This document shows positions 23,320 through 36,937 of a stretch of 64,000 nt of DNA, piece by piece. Position 1 is the first letter of the stretch. Every line of letters begins with the position of its first letter. The position numbers and the translations under genes are program-made. This DNA comes from Leucoraja ocellata (Eukaryota): the NCBI GenBank assembly GCA_036785375.1, contig JAWMAR010000471.1, positions 930,001 to 994,000 on the forward strand. Reading direction: 5' to 3'. Below the pieces are notes generated by a model. That model was not told where the DNA came from and ran no database searches. It saw only the letters and a program-made list of their open reading frames with translations.

Positions 23320-24127
23320 ATGGAGATCGTCGTTCTGTTTACTCTCATTGTATGCTTCCACGGTGAGTAGCTCTCGGAGGAGCATGGGAGAACGAAATAA
23401 CATTTCCCCGATGAGCCCCCGATTGATTATTGGTTCTGGATAATTTTAGTGAGCTAAACAGCCCCGGCTCCACAGATGACCCGAGTGACGTCTCCCTTGG
23501 AGCTGTGTTGAAAGTTGGTAACGTAGTGGAGGCCAAGTTCCACTCATCAGACTAATGCTGTTCCTGAGTCTGCTGGTGCGCGCTCCCAAACTACTGTATC
23601 TTATTCCCGACGGGGGCGGGGAGATGAAGGAATGATCTGAGACATCTTTGATTATTTCGACCGCATTTCCAAGACATCGTAAAGTGCTCACGGACCCCTA
23701 CAATTGTCCCGGGACCTATTCCTCCAGAGTAGCGTTTGTTCCAAGTTAACGAGCACAAAATATTTTTTGAGGGTCACTTTTAATCAAGGGTCCTTTTTAT
23801 TGTTTCCAAACCGGTCATAGGTCGGAGTGCAGGAAATTCGGTAAGCCAGCCGCAATCTTCAAAAAAAAGTAGAGAAGGCGAAGGGGTGATGCTTTCATGC
23901 AGCTACACCACTACAGAAAACACCTATTCGTTGTACTGGTACAGACAACAAGCGGAGAATGAACCTGTGTTTATTGTGCGGCAGAAGTCTTGGGAGGGAC
24001 AAGAGAGAGGCGAAGGATTCGGGACACGTTTCTTTTCGGAGCTGGACACCAAGACCAAGTGGAATAATTTAATGATCACCGGGTTGCTATTGACCGACTC
24101 TGCCCTGTATTACTGCGCTTTCGAAGG
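23320..24127 (+). CDS. V4: TCR alpha/delta-type V gene segment
   Basis: Leader 23320-23362 (MEIVVLFTLIVCFH + G|GTGAGT); V exon 23821-24127 (TCATAG|GT): RSAG-NSVSQPQSSKKSREGEGVMLSCSY...YWYRQQ...DSALYYCAFE. Confidence 0.93.
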
Positions 24128-24166
24128 CACAGCGATGGAAAGCAGCGTCATACCAGTACGAAAACT
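24128..24166 (+). other. 23-RSS of V4
   Basis: CACAGCG + 23 nt + ACGAAAACT. Confidence 0.9.
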
Positions 24167-25284
24167 CCAATTGCCTGTGGTGCGGAACACCTGCCTGTTG
24201 CCGGTTTTGTGAACACATGTCAAGTGCCACCGCAACGCTCAGTCACAGGCCGACAGGAAACCCTGGGTACTTCGGTTCAAGCTGTCAGCAACCATTCCCA
24301 TTGGAACCGTAGCCATGGAGGCGATTCAAAATCGTGGAAATTGTTGCAAGATTCACCAGGGTATCCTAACGCAAATATCAATGAACAAACAAAAGCATCA
24401 ATTAAACATCGATGGCAGATGTCGAACAAATAATTTTTGTAACATCAATCCGCGTTGACATCCAACTGTCAATCAATGTGCGTGCCGAACGTACTACAGT
24501 CCACATATCTACTCATTGCACCCGGTGGAGCGTTTGTGCATGAATGCAGGGTGGGAGGGCTGCTGCGATTTGCACAGCTGGCTAGTGTCAACGTGGATGC
24601 ATAGCTGCGGCAGTTTTATTGAACACCGGAGCTGGCTTTCAAACAATCCAATATCATTGAACCGGGGGCGAAGCAGATCCGGGTATTCCGACGTGTACAT
24701 ACATTTTGGGCACCAGCATCATTCTGGTTACTTCCACAAGACTAAACACAGAAGCAGTCCCTAACATAAGCAGTCCCTAACTTTAATTCCGCTTCACATT
24801 CCAACATGAAGGCCTCCGGCTTCCCCCAATGTCAGGGTGAAACCAAACTCGAACTAAAGGAACAACGTATATTCCATGCAACATCGGGAGCCTGGGAGCT
24901 CCAAACCGGCGCGGCCTTGTCGGCTTCGGGTGCCGCGGTCTCCAGCTAGGAAGTGGCCGTTTCAGGTGGCCCAGCCGCTGAGAGGACTCTCCCGACGCCG
25001 AGGCAAGACCACCCGGTGAGAACGGCTAGGAACATCGGGCCTCCGTAGAGGCAATTGCGGTGGCCTCAATAGGCCTGACTTTGGGTGAATTTGGGGTTGG
25101 GGACTGGATATTGTGCCTTCCCCCACAGTGGTATCCATTGTGGGGGGATGATGTTTTTTGTCTGTACGTAATCCTGTTAGTCTTTGTCCAAGATGGCTGT
25201 CGTGAAGGGATAGTGGACGCTGGCGCGCTTTAGCTGCCGCCGCTCTCTCTTCACATTGTGTTTTTGATTTTTTTGTTTTGGATA

Positions 25285-26945
25285 CATAGAAACATAGAAA
25301 CATAGAAATTAGGTGCAGGAGTAGGCCATTCGGCCCTTCGAGCCTGCACCGCCATTCAATATGATCATGGCTGATCATCCAACTCAGTATCCCGTACCTG
25401 CCTTCTCTCCATACCCCCTGATCCCTTTAGCCACAAGGGCCACATCTAACTCCCTCTTAAATATAGCCAATGAACTGGCCTCAACTACCCTCTGTGGCAG
25501 AGAGTTCCAGAGATTCACCACTCTCTGTGTGAAAAAAAGTACTTCTCATCTCGGTTTTAAAGGATTTCCCCCTTACCCTTAAGCTGTGACCCCTTGTCCT
25601 GGACTTCCCTGACATCGGGAACAATCTACCTGCATCTAGCCTGTCCAACCCCTTAAGAATTTTGTAAGTTTCTATAAGATACCCTTTCAATCTCCTAAAT
25701 TCTAGAGAGTATAAACCAAGTCTATCCAGTCTTTCTTCATAAGACAGTCCTGACATCCCAGGAATCAGTCTGGTGAACCGTCTCTGCACTATCTCTATGG
25801 CAATAGAAACATAGAAACATAGAAACTAGGTGCAGGAGTAGGCCATTCGGCCCTTCGAGCCTGCACCGCCATTCAATATGATCATGGCTGATCATCCAAC
25901 TCAGTGTCCCGTACCTGCCTTCTCTCCATACCCCCTGATCCCTTTAGCCACAAGGGCCACATCTAACTCCCTCTTAAATATAGCCAACGAACTGGCCTCA
26001 ACTACCTTCTGTGGCAGAGAGTTCCAGAGATTCACCACTCTCTGTGTGAAAAATGTTTTTCTCATCTTGGTCCTAATGGATTTCCCCCATATCCTTAAGC
26101 TGTAACCCCTTGTCCTGGACTTCCCCAACATCGGGAACAATCTTCCTGCATCTAGCCTGTCCAACCCCTTAAGAATTTTCTATTTCTATAAGATCCCACC
26201 TCAATCTCCTAAATTCTAGCGAGTACAAGCCGAGTCTATCCAGTCTTTCTTCATATGAAAGTCCTGAGATCCCAGGAATCAGTCTGGTGAACCTTTTCTG
26301 CACTCCCTCTATGGCAATAATGTCCTTCCTCAGATTTGGAGACGAAAACTGTACGCAATACTCCAGGTGTGGTCTCACCAAGACCCTGTACAACTGCAGT
26401 AGAACCTCCCTGCTCCTATACTCAAATCCTTTTGCAATGAAAGATAACATACAATTCGCTTTCTTTACTGCCTGCTGCACCTGCATGCCTACCTTCAATG
26501 ACTGGTGTACCATGACACCCAGGTCTCGCTGCATCTCCCCCTTTCCCAATCGGCCACCATTTAGATAATAGTCTGCTTTCCTGTTTTTGCCACCAAAACG
26601 GATAACCTCACATTTATCCACATTATACTGCATCTGCCAAACATTTGCCCACTCACCCAGCCTATCCAAGTCACCTTTCAGTCTCCTAGCATCCTCCTCA
26701 CAGCTAACACTGCCCCCAGCTTAGTGTCATCCGCAAACTTGGAGATATTGCCTTCAATTCCCTCATCCAGATCATTAATATATATTGTATATAGCTGGGG
26801 TCCCAGCACTGAGCCTTGCGGTACCCCACTAGTCACTGCCTGCCTGTGAAAAGGACCCGTTCACTCCTACTCGTTGCTTCCTGTTTGCCAGCCAGTTATC
26901 TATCCACATCAATACTGAACCCCCAATGCCGTGTGCTTTAAGTTT
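25285..26945 (-). mobile_element. Two tandem 5'-truncated CR1-like LINE copies
   Basis: Two (CATAGAAA)n tails at about 25285 and 25805; RT C-terminal motifs KFADDTKL and LVRPHLEYCVQF. Confidence 0.9.
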
Positions 26946-28139
26946 GTAAGTTTGCTTTAAGTTTTGTACTGATTTCTGTTTTTAATTTGTGTTTCTGTGA
27001 TGTATTTTTTCTTTATTTTATTCTGATTATATGTTTTTTATTCCTGTTAATCTCTGTAAGATATCTTTGAGATGTCTGAAANNNNNNNNNNNNNNNNNNN
27101 NNNNNNNNNNNNNNNNNNNNNNNNNNNNNNNNNNNNNNNNNNNNNNNNNNNNNNNNNNNNNNNNNNNNNNNNNNNNNNNNNNNNNNNNNNNNNNNNNNNN
27201 NNNNNNNNNNNNNNNNNNNCACAAAAAGCTGGAGTAACTCGGCGGGACAAGTAGCATCTCTGGAGAGTGGAATTAGAGACGTTTCTGGTCGAGACCCTTC
27301 TTCAGACGATTCCCCCTGGCTAGTTTATATCAGCAACATCAAGATTTAACTCTCCAATATCATGTAACTCACTTCCCCTCTGGCCCTTTCTCGTTCTTTC
27401 TTGTCTGTTCAGGTCCTCTCATACCACTTCGGCCGGTATTCCCGCTTTCTAACACACATAACCTACTCCTACCGACACCCCACTGGGCCCCTATCCACTC
27501 TATTCCAGTGCGTCACCATCACTCCCTTACTTAATTCCACTTTTAATGTCTTACCAGATTTGATCACCTGCACCCTTCGGAAGTCTCCACTTATCCCTCA
27601 CGATTCGCCGACCCCCACTCTTCACAATTGAATTGAATTGAATTGGATTGAATTTATTTTGTCATTCAGACCTGTTCAGACCGTGCACAAGTTCCCACGT
27701 TCACAAGTTATAGTAGAAGTAGTCCATTCGGCCCATCGAATCTCCTACGCCATTCAATCATGGCTGATCTCTGCCTCCAAATCCTAGTTTATTGCCTTCG
27801 GACCATAACCCTTGACACCCGTTCTGATCAATAAATTGTCTGGCTTCAGCCAATATTCAGCGACTTGGCCTCCACAGGCCCCTGCGGCAATGATTTCCAC
27901 AGATTAATTACACTCTCACTATTTCTCCTCACATCCTTCCCAAAAGAGCGCTCTTTATTTCTGAGGCTATGACCTCTAGTCCCAACTGTGGAGACCTCCT
28001 TTCCACATCCAATCTATCTATGCAGTTCATTATTCTGTAATTTTCCCCACACGTCAACCTTCTAAACTCCAGCGAGTAGAGGCCCAGTGTTGTCAAACGC
28101 GCATCATATGCTAACCCACGTATTCAATAGACAATACAC

Positions 28140-30330
28140 AATAGACTATAGACAATGGGTGCAGGAGGAGGCAATTCGACCCTTCGAGCCAGCACTGTCA
28201 TTCAATGAGATCATGGCTGATCATCCACAATCAGTACACCGATCCTGCCTTCGCCCTATATCCCTTGACTCCGCTATCTTTAAGAGCTCTATCTAACTCT
28301 CACTTGAAAGAATCCGGAGAATTGGCCTCCATTACTTTCTGAGGCAGAGAATCCAACTGATTCATAACTCCATGGGTGAAAAAGTGTGTCCTCATCTGCG
28401 TTCTAAATGGCCAACCCATAATTCTAAAACTGTGGGCCCTGGTTCTGGACTCCCCCAACATTGGGAACATGTTTCCTGCCTCCATCGTGTCCAGTCCCTT
28501 TATAATCTTATATGTTTCATAAGATACCCTCACATCCTTCTAAGCTACAGTGTATACAAGTCCAGTCGCCCCATTCTTTCATCGTATGACGGTCCCGCCA
28601 TCCGGGGAAATACCCTCGTGAATCTACGCTGCACTCCCCCCAAGAGCAAGAATGGCGACCACAACTGCACACAATACCCCAGGCGTGGTCTCACTAGAGC
28701 ATGTGGAACTACAGCATGACCTATTTGCTCCCATACTCAACTCCTCTTGTTCTGAAGAACAACATGCATTAGCTTTCTTCATTGCCTGCTGAATCTGCAT
28801 GCTTACTTTCAGTGACTGATGAACAAGGCCACCCAGATATCGTTGTACCACCCCTTTTCCTAACTTGACACCATTCAGGTAATAATCTGCCTTCCTGTTC
28901 TTGCCATCAAAGTGGATAATCTCACACGTATCCACATTACACTGCATCGGCCATGCATCTGCCCACTCACCCAACCTGTCCAAGTCACCTTGCATCACCA
29001 TAGCAACCTCGTCACAATTCACACTGCCACCCAGCCTTGTGCCATCTGCAAATTTGCTAACGCCACTTTAAATCCCTTCATCTAAATCACGAATATACAT
29101 TGTAACAGCTGCGGTCCAAGCCCCGAGCCTTGCGGTACCCAACTGCCAACTTTTCTGCAAGGGATCCATTAATCCCCACTGTTTGTTTCCTGTCTGCCAA
29201 CCAATTTTCTATCCATGCCAGCACCCTACCCCAATACCATGTGCTCTAATTTTGCCCACTAATCTCCGATGTGGGACGATATCAAAGGCTATCAAAAAGT
29301 CCAGGTCACTACATCTACTGGCTCTCACTTGTCTATTTTCCTAGTTACATCCTCAAAACATTCTAGAAGATTAGTCAAGCATGATTTCCCCATCATTAAT
29401 TCATGCTGACTCAGAACGGCCCTGTTACTGCTATCCAAATGTACCGTTATTGAATATGTTATGATTGAATATAATAAATAATATAACTGAATATAATTAT
29501 AATGTTTTATACAATCTTCCCCACTACCGATGTCAGGCTAACTGGTCTAGCTTAGAAACTTACAACATTCTTAGGGGGTTGGACAGGCTAGATGCAGGAA
29601 GATTGTCCCCGATGTTAGGGAAGTCCAGGACAAGGGGTCACAGCTTAAGGATAAGGGGGAAATCCTTTAAACCCGAGATGAGAAGATCTTTTTTTCACAG
29701 AGAGTGGTGAATCTCTGGAACTCTCTGCCACAGATGGTAGTTGAGGCCAGTTCATTGGCTATATTTAAGAGTGAGTTAGATGTGGCCCTTGTGGCTAAGG
29801 GGATCAGAGGGTATGGAGAGAAGGCAGGTACGGGATACTGAGTTGATTGATCAGCGATGATCATATTGAATGGCGGTGCAGGCTCGAAAGGCCGAATGGC
29901 CTACTCCTGCACCTAATTTCTATGTTTCTATGTTTCTATGTCTATAATTCCTTGTTTTCTCTCTCCCTCCTTTCTTAAACGGTTAGATATCATTAGCTAC
30001 CCTCCAATCTACCGGAACTGATCCTGAATCTATATAACATTGCGAAACGATCATCAATACGTCCACAGGTTCCCTGGGATGCAGACCATCAGGCCGTGGG
30101 GATTTCTCAGCCTTCAGTCTACCCAACACCATGTCCTTCCCAATGTGAATTTCATTCAGTTATTTCGTCACCCCAGATAATCTGGCCACTAGTACATCAG
30201 GAAGATTGTCTGTGTCCTCCTTAGTGAAGACTGTTCCATAATACCTGTTCAACTCATCTGCCATTTCCTTGTTCTCCAAAATAAATTCACACTTTTCAGT
30301 CTTCAAGGGTCAAACATTGGTCTTAACTAT
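28140..30330 (-). mobile_element. Older CR1-like LINE with a younger plus-strand CR1 3' end inserted at about 29550-29940
   Basis: Degenerate RT text QGDLDRLGEWADAW... on the minus strand, interrupted by an opposite-strand copy with a TTTCTATG tail. Confidence 0.75.
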
Positions 30331-30464
30331 GTTTTTTTCCTGCGCAGCGACTCAAAGAGAACTTGCACATCTTGCATGTGTATGTGACAAATACACTTGA
30401 CTTGACTTGACTTGACTTGACTTGAGGCTGATAAGGACAGAAACTAGACATCACTGACACTCAC

Positions 30465-33400
30465 CTATTTCAAAATCATATCAACTTTATAATTTTCAGT
30501 GGTGGAAAATAAGACAGAAACTATCGGTAATGCGTAAGTTTTGAACCATGTTTTAATTAGTTTGAATGGGAATTGAACAACGCCCTTCAACTGTCTTCTG
30601 AACTTAATCTGAGTCCCCGCGTAAATGCACGAGTTGGTGCAAGAACTGAGAAGCTCCAGCATGTATCCGCTTTCCTGTAGGATAAACTTTGGATCAGCGG
30701 AATTGGAGCCGCTGGCATAGTTATTGCTGGTCAATTGCACAAATAGAAAATTCACGACATACGTCAATCGCAACAGGAGAAAACTACCCGATATCGCCAT
30801 GAGTAAAATGATAGACTTCCTCCTGTTCTCCATCTCCGTGTCATTCTGTCTGTCTCCATTGCTCTGGGCACGGAGCCTCTTGCGGGCTTCATTCGCCTTT
30901 AGGATGTATCTGATGGTCAGAACATTGAGTAGAAAAATGAGAAGGAAAGGGACACATGGGTTTAACATCCGGTGCAGCCAGTCATAAACCCTCCATGCAA
31001 TGGAAGAGTAGTACATTTGGTTTATCGTGCAGAACCAGGGCACGTTATCGACCACGTACACTGGCACGTATATGAAATAAGAAGGGACGTTCTTTAAACA
31101 ACCCGCCGCACAGACAGCTCCAATAACGGCAGCCGCGTTTTTCTCCGTGCAATATCTGAGCTTGCGTCGGTGACAGCAAATGGCGATGAATCGATCGAAG
31201 GTGAAGGCGACGGTCAATCAAACTGACGTGTCCTTGGATGCCCAGCTGAGGAGAATAATAAGTTTGCAGGCGGGAATGGTGGACAAAAAACTGACAGGGA
31301 AATAAATAGCACGTAGCCGACTCAGTATCACTGCCGTGATAATGACGAGGAGATCCGCCACCGCCATGAACACGAGGTAGCGGGTGATACACTTGGCGAG
31401 GCCGCATCTTCCTTGCGCCAGGATCACAATGGTCAACGCATTCGCTGTGTGAGAGAGATGGAGAGATAGAAAATCCAGTAACGAAAATAGCGTTTGCCTG
31501 TTACATCAACATGTTTGGATGGCGACGATGCATTCGTAATATTGCTCCCTGTCCCACTTAGGAAACCTGAACGGAAACCTCTGGAGACTTTGCGCCCCAC
31601 CCAAGGTTTCCGTGCGGTTAACGGAGGTTTTTGTCAGTCTCCCTACCTGCTTCCACCACCTGCAACCTCCGGCAACCACCTGCAACCTCCGGGAACCGCA
31701 CGGAAACCTTGGGTGGGTCGCAAAGTATCCAGCGGTTTCCGTTCAGGTTTGATAAGTGGGACAGGGGCATATATCTTTCACTGTTCCAACAGCGATTGAA
31801 ACACATCAGTTTAACGACGGACATTTGTTACATTTCGCAGATCATTGCAGATCAATCTAAACTTTAAAATTCCACTTAAATAACAGAGAGAAAGAAATAA
31901 GGCATAAAAGAAAATTAAGTCGTGGAATTTCAAAACGAACAATATTGGCAATAATGTGCAGGAAGGAACCGCAGATGCTGATTTAAACCGAAGGAAGACA
32001 CAAAATGCTGGAGTAACTCTGCGGGACAGGCAGCGTCTCAGGAGAGGAATTCCAGATATGCTGTCTGTCCCGCTGAGTTACTCCAGCATTTTGTGTCTAA
32101 TATTGGCAATAAACATGGTGAGAGTTTTAATTGTCTGCGAATTGACATCAAGTGAAGTTACAGAAGCTTATAAAACCACTCATGGTAGCAGTTAAACGAC
32201 AAGAAAGTACACAGAAATGCTGGAGAAACTCAGCGGGTGCACCAGCATCCAGGAGCGAAGGAAATAGGCAACGTTTCGGGCCGAAACCCTTCTTCAGACT
32301 GATGGACACGACCCGAGGCGGCTCAATGCACATCAATGCTATTGTGAAGCGAATGATCTGAAAGAGCGCAGCAGATCGCAGGAGATCGCGTGATTAATTG
32401 CAGTGACGTGCATTCTCGTGGAGGGACAGCAGGCTTTGCAATAAATGTAATAAATGTTGAAAATTCGACCGCATTTTCTATGCATAGTTATGCGGAAGAG
32501 TGATGAATGGATACGTTGAAAGAACATGAAACATGCACTGTATCCATGAAATCATTTAACCAAAGCCAAGCGGAAAACCCCAGTGCTACATTTCGGCTAA
32601 AGAAATGACAGATCGCTCAGTACTCAGCAAATACAGAAATATGGAAACACGAAAGGCAATGAATTATTGAGCTCAATGCTCGATGCAATTGTATACGAGA
32701 CAAGAACCTTCACTCTCATACTATAGCTGGGAAAATAGTTATTTTTCTGTCTCACTGCCTTCGACCTTTACTGCCACGCGATGATAAGAACTGAAATGCA
32801 TTATCACGGTAGCCAATTATTGCAGAACATCAGCGGTAGCATTATGGGGCTGAATATCTACAATGAAATATAATTAATACAAAATGTCTTCGATCAGGAA
32901 AGACCTGGGGAATGGGAACCGGAAAGGCAAGCACGCATATACAATTAAGGATAAGTAATGTTAGTGTCGGGTATTAGTTTAATATCTTTGTATTTATGGT
33001 TCGATATTTATTTATTACATGCCATTGCGAAACGCAATGATGGATGCATATATTAAAAGTGGCAACGCGGGACACTAACTCAGGGAGCCCTTCTAGAGGT
33101 GCAACCACGGAGCCAATTTGCGATCCATTCAGCTATCTCTCCTTGGATCCCATGAGATCTAACCTCCCAGAGCAGCCTACGACGCGGCACCTTTGTCGAA
33201 AGTCCTTGTACACGACAACCACACTTCTGCCGTCATCTTCCTTTTTGCTCACGTCTTCAAAAAGCTCAATCAGATTTGCTAGACAGGAACTCCCGCGTAC
33301 AAATCTATGCTCGCGGTCCCGAATCAGCCCTTGCCCATCCAATTGCCTGTATATCATATCGCTCGGAATACTCTCCAGTAACTTACCAACTACAGACGCT

Positions 33401-34055
33401 CAGCTCACCGGCCTATAGTTCCCAACATTTTCCTAGCAGCCCTTCTTGAAAAGAAGCATAACATTTGCCACCCTCCAATCCTCTGGAACCAGTCCTGTAT
33501 TTAAGAACGATTTATAAATTTCAACCAGGGCTCCCGCAATTTCCTCTCTAGTTCCTCGCAATGTCCTCGGATTTATCTGATCAGGCCCCGGTGATTTGTC
33601 TACCTTCAAACACGACAGTACCTTCAGTTCTTCCTCGACGGTTACCCTGGCTGCCCTTCTAAAGAGATCTGTAAATAGTTAATTAACAGTTAAAATATGT
33701 CCATGGCTACTCGAGAACATCGACCGTTTTTAGTAGACGTGGAGCACATAAAATAACGTGAAAGGGGTAAATATTCAAACAATGATATTTGGAGCATTAT
33801 TGTGGCATCGTCGTCTTTGTGTTAGATATCGATTACATATCAAGTCATTAAGGGATCACCGCGGAGGCTCAACGTTGGGAGGTGTACAATAGCCATGCCA
33901 AGCAGAGTAAGGTGGCTGAAAATATAATTAACACAATATTAAATGAGCTGCTTTGGACTGATCGTCCTCAATATCCACACGTTACCTGGGACACCGAACG
34001 CTGCAAGGGCGGAGTAGTAAACTGCAAAGACCGGGCCGTTCCCAGGCGCGTGCAT
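30465..34055 (-). pseudogene. GPCR-2: GPR139/GPR142-like GPCR with one premature stop
   Basis: Exon 1 34055-33986 (MHAPGNGPVFAVYYSALAAFGVP + G|GTAAC); exon 2 31444-30465 (ACACAG|CG). TGA at 31220-31218 replaces the Trp of DTSVWLTVAF; the frame is otherwise open. Confidence 0.88.
31543..31769. mobile_element. Harbinger-like MITE (same family as 3789-4012)
   Basis: Same terminal inverted repeats, flanked by TAT on both sides. Confidence 0.8.
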
Positions 34056-34729
34056 TTTCCGTGTGAACGCAGTGCTGATCGCTTGCACTCTGAAGCAAGC
34101 ACATCGCCCCATCTATTTATGCCAGGCGGCCGTCCCTGGGGCGACGGTTGCCATGGATCATCAGTGTCGTTAGTCACTATTTTCCGAACAAATAGATTCT
34201 CGCTGTTGTTAACGCTGATCCGAATTAATGGACTAGACAATTCTTGGAGCGATCATAACCGCGTTTGAAGACGTTTTGGATATACAATACAATACAATAC
34301 AATACAATATAATATTCATTGTCATTTGAACATCAGTGAGGCTCAAACGAAACTGTTTCTGCAGCCATACAAACAAAAACGATTCCTACTCGACACACAA
34401 CCAAATTAATTCATACAAACATCCATCAGAGTGAACCTCCTCCTCACTGTGATGGAAGGCAAAGTAAGTTATCTCCCCTGCTCTCCATTTTTCTCCCGAT
34501 GTTGAAGCCCCTGGTGGGCGATGGTAAGTCCCCCGGCCATTTTAGGCCGCGCCGGGCGATGTACGGCCCCGCTCCAGGTCTAATTGTCACAGTTGGAGTT
34601 TAATGTATACATGCAAATCATATATGTCAGAGGGAAGCACGGCTGCCGGTTTAAACCGAAGATAGACACATAAAGCAGGGATAACTCAGTGGGACAGATA
34701 GTATCATAGTTTAATTTCGTTTAGTTTGT

Positions 34730-35037
34730 AGATACAGAGCGGAAAAAGGCCCTTCGGCCCAACTGGTCCGCGCCGACCAGCGATTCCTGCATATTAACAT
34801 ATTAACACTATCCTACACCCAATAGCGACAATATTAACATTCACCAAGCCAAGTAACCAACAAACCTGTGCGCCTCTAGAGTGTGGAGGTAACCGAAGAT
34901 ATCGGAGAAAATCCACGTAGGTCACGGGGCGAACATACATACTCCGTACAGGCAGCATCCGTAGTCGGAATCGAACCCGGGTTTCCGGCGCTGCATTCGA
35001 TGTAAGGCGGAAACTCTACCACTGCGCCAGCGTGACC
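34730..35037 (-). mobile_element. tRNA-derived V-SINE (HE1-like)
   Basis: A box TGGCGCAGTGG, B box GGTTCGATTCC, V-domain-like TGTACGGAGTATGTATGTTCGCCCCGTG and a CR1-like tail GGGCCGAAGGGCCT. Confidence 0.75.
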
Positions 35038-35485
35038 AGCATCTTCTCTGGAGAGAATGAGTGGGTGACGTTTCGGGTGAGACGCTTCTTCAGCCAGACA
35101 TTGTCTAATGTAAATCATATGATAACTTTAAGCACAAATTAAGAAGATGGTGTGGACTACAATAAGGATTTCGGATGAAAGGCAAATCTACTAGCGAAAC
35201 TAAACATTGTTCGGTGTAAAAAGACGCGGGGGTGCGCTTACTAAATTGGTTTAAGAGTCAAAAGGTGGAGGTGAGCAGTTGATTATCGGACCGGAGTGAG
35301 GATTTCAGTGCCGTCATCCTTAGTGTTGTGTTAAGAACCATTCGTTGATCCCGATTTCCCTATATTCCCGTTTTCACACGCAGCCGTCCCTTCTCGAAAT
35401 AGCAATGGCTAGTCAACTTGCCGGTGCGCAGACAGAATGATATCGCAGGAAACAGTGTCGTCCATAAGAACCCCAAGTGGCTTAA

Positions 35486-36050
35486 TGCCCCTGTCCCACT
35501 TAGGAAACCTGAACGAATATCTCTGGAGACTTTGCGCCCCACCCAAGGTTTCTTCTTGAAATATGGCTCCTGGTTTTGGACTCCCCCCAACAACATCGGT
35601 ATCATCTTTCCTGCCTCCACCGTATCCAATCCCCTAATAAGCGTATATGTGTCAATAAGATCCCCTCTCGTTCTTCTGAATTCCACGGTTAACAAGCCCA
35701 GTCGCTCCATTCCTTCAACATATGACACTCCCACCGTCCCGGGAATGAACCTGGTTAACCTACGCTGCACTCCCTCAATAGCAAGAATGTCCTTCCTCAA
35801 ATTTGGAGACGAAAACTGCGCACAATACTCCAGGTGTGGTCGCTCTAGGCCTCGGTATAACTGTAGGACCTCATTGCCCCAATACTGAACTAATCTTGTT
35901 TTGCACGTCAACACGCCAATCGTGTTATTCTCTACCTGCTGTGCCTGTATGGTTACTTTAATTGACTGACGAATAAGGACATCCAGATCACGTTGTACTT
36001 CCCATTTTCCTAACATGGCAGCATTCAGATACTAATCTGCCTTCCTGTTT
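35486..36050 (-). mobile_element. Half MITE (35486-35551) abutting a CR1-like fragment
   Basis: One MITE terminal repeat followed by RPHLEYCAQF...EFRRTRGDL on the minus strand. Confidence 0.75.
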
Positions 36051-36480
36051 TAGCGCTGTGTTTCTAGCGCTGTGGCCATTCTCCATCAGTTGCTCCACCG
36101 TGATGGGCCACTTCGCTGATAGGAGCTCAGCATGCCTAGCCCAGTCAGTTTTATCGAAAGGTGGGGTTCCGGTTACGCACCATAAGTGAGCAGGACCTTC
36201 TTGCGAGGTTTGTGTACCTGGGGTTCCACTCTTCCACTATGGATGCGGCTCTCAGCAGGGTCTCTTCTATATCCCGTATTCTATGTTTCTATGTTTCCCG
36301 GCTCTCCCACAGCCCACTCTCCGCCTCCTCCTTTCTTCTTCCGGTACAAAGATGTGAACCCCACGTGATATACACTTCCACAGCTGTTTCCTGTCATCGG
36401 CGACCTTCATTCAGTAGGTGTTCTCTGAAGCGAGGGTGCGTCATTTGCTTCTGAACACAATTCTCTAGATGTTTTCCTCA

Positions 36481-36898
36481 ATGCAGCAGAATCTATTTTC
36501 CATCTTCCTCGCGTTGCTGATACGTAAGTGCCAGAGCTGCTCACAAATAATACACGGTCGCATATTTACTTATACAATCTTACGCGACGGCATTTTATGT
36601 ATTTCCCTCAGGTCGTTGTCTTTCGGACGGGGTATGGCAGATTCCGCCCGCCATTATTGTCCAGAATGGAGAGTCGACTCGGATCAATTGTACCTACGAG
36701 AAATACATTTATGCCATGCAGTGGTACCGACAGAAACGTGGACAACGACTAGAAAGGTTAATCAGTCGAAGAGCGGCTGGGAGAGAGATGAATGGTCGTT
36801 TTAAATTAGATTTCACACCTGCTGACAAGCGCGGCCAGTTCATCATCGAGGGCATCGAACCCGCCGACACGGCGGTGTATTACTGCGCGACATATACG
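36481..36898 (+). CDS. V5: TCR alpha/delta-type V gene segment
   Basis: Leader 36481-36523 (MQQNLFSIFLALLI + C|GTAAGT); V exon 36612-36898 (CCTCAG|GT): RCLS-DGVWQIPPAIIVQNGESTRINCTYEKYIYAMQWYRQK...DTAVYYCATYT. Confidence 0.93.
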
Positions 36899-36937
36899 CA
36901 CACTGAGAGAAACCGCGGCGGTCCCCACACAAAAACG
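36899..36937 (+). other. 23-RSS of V5
   Basis: CACACTG + 23 nt + ACAAAAACG. Confidence 0.93.

Noticed and set aside
34960-35037. tRNA gene
   Set aside because: The A and B boxes belong to a SINE head and continue into V-SINE body and LINE-like tail sequence.
11204-36937. Immunoglobulin cluster interpretation of the V segments
   Set aside because: No adjacent D, J or C exons were found, and the V sequences are mutually divergent and TCR alpha/delta-like, which fits a translocon V array.
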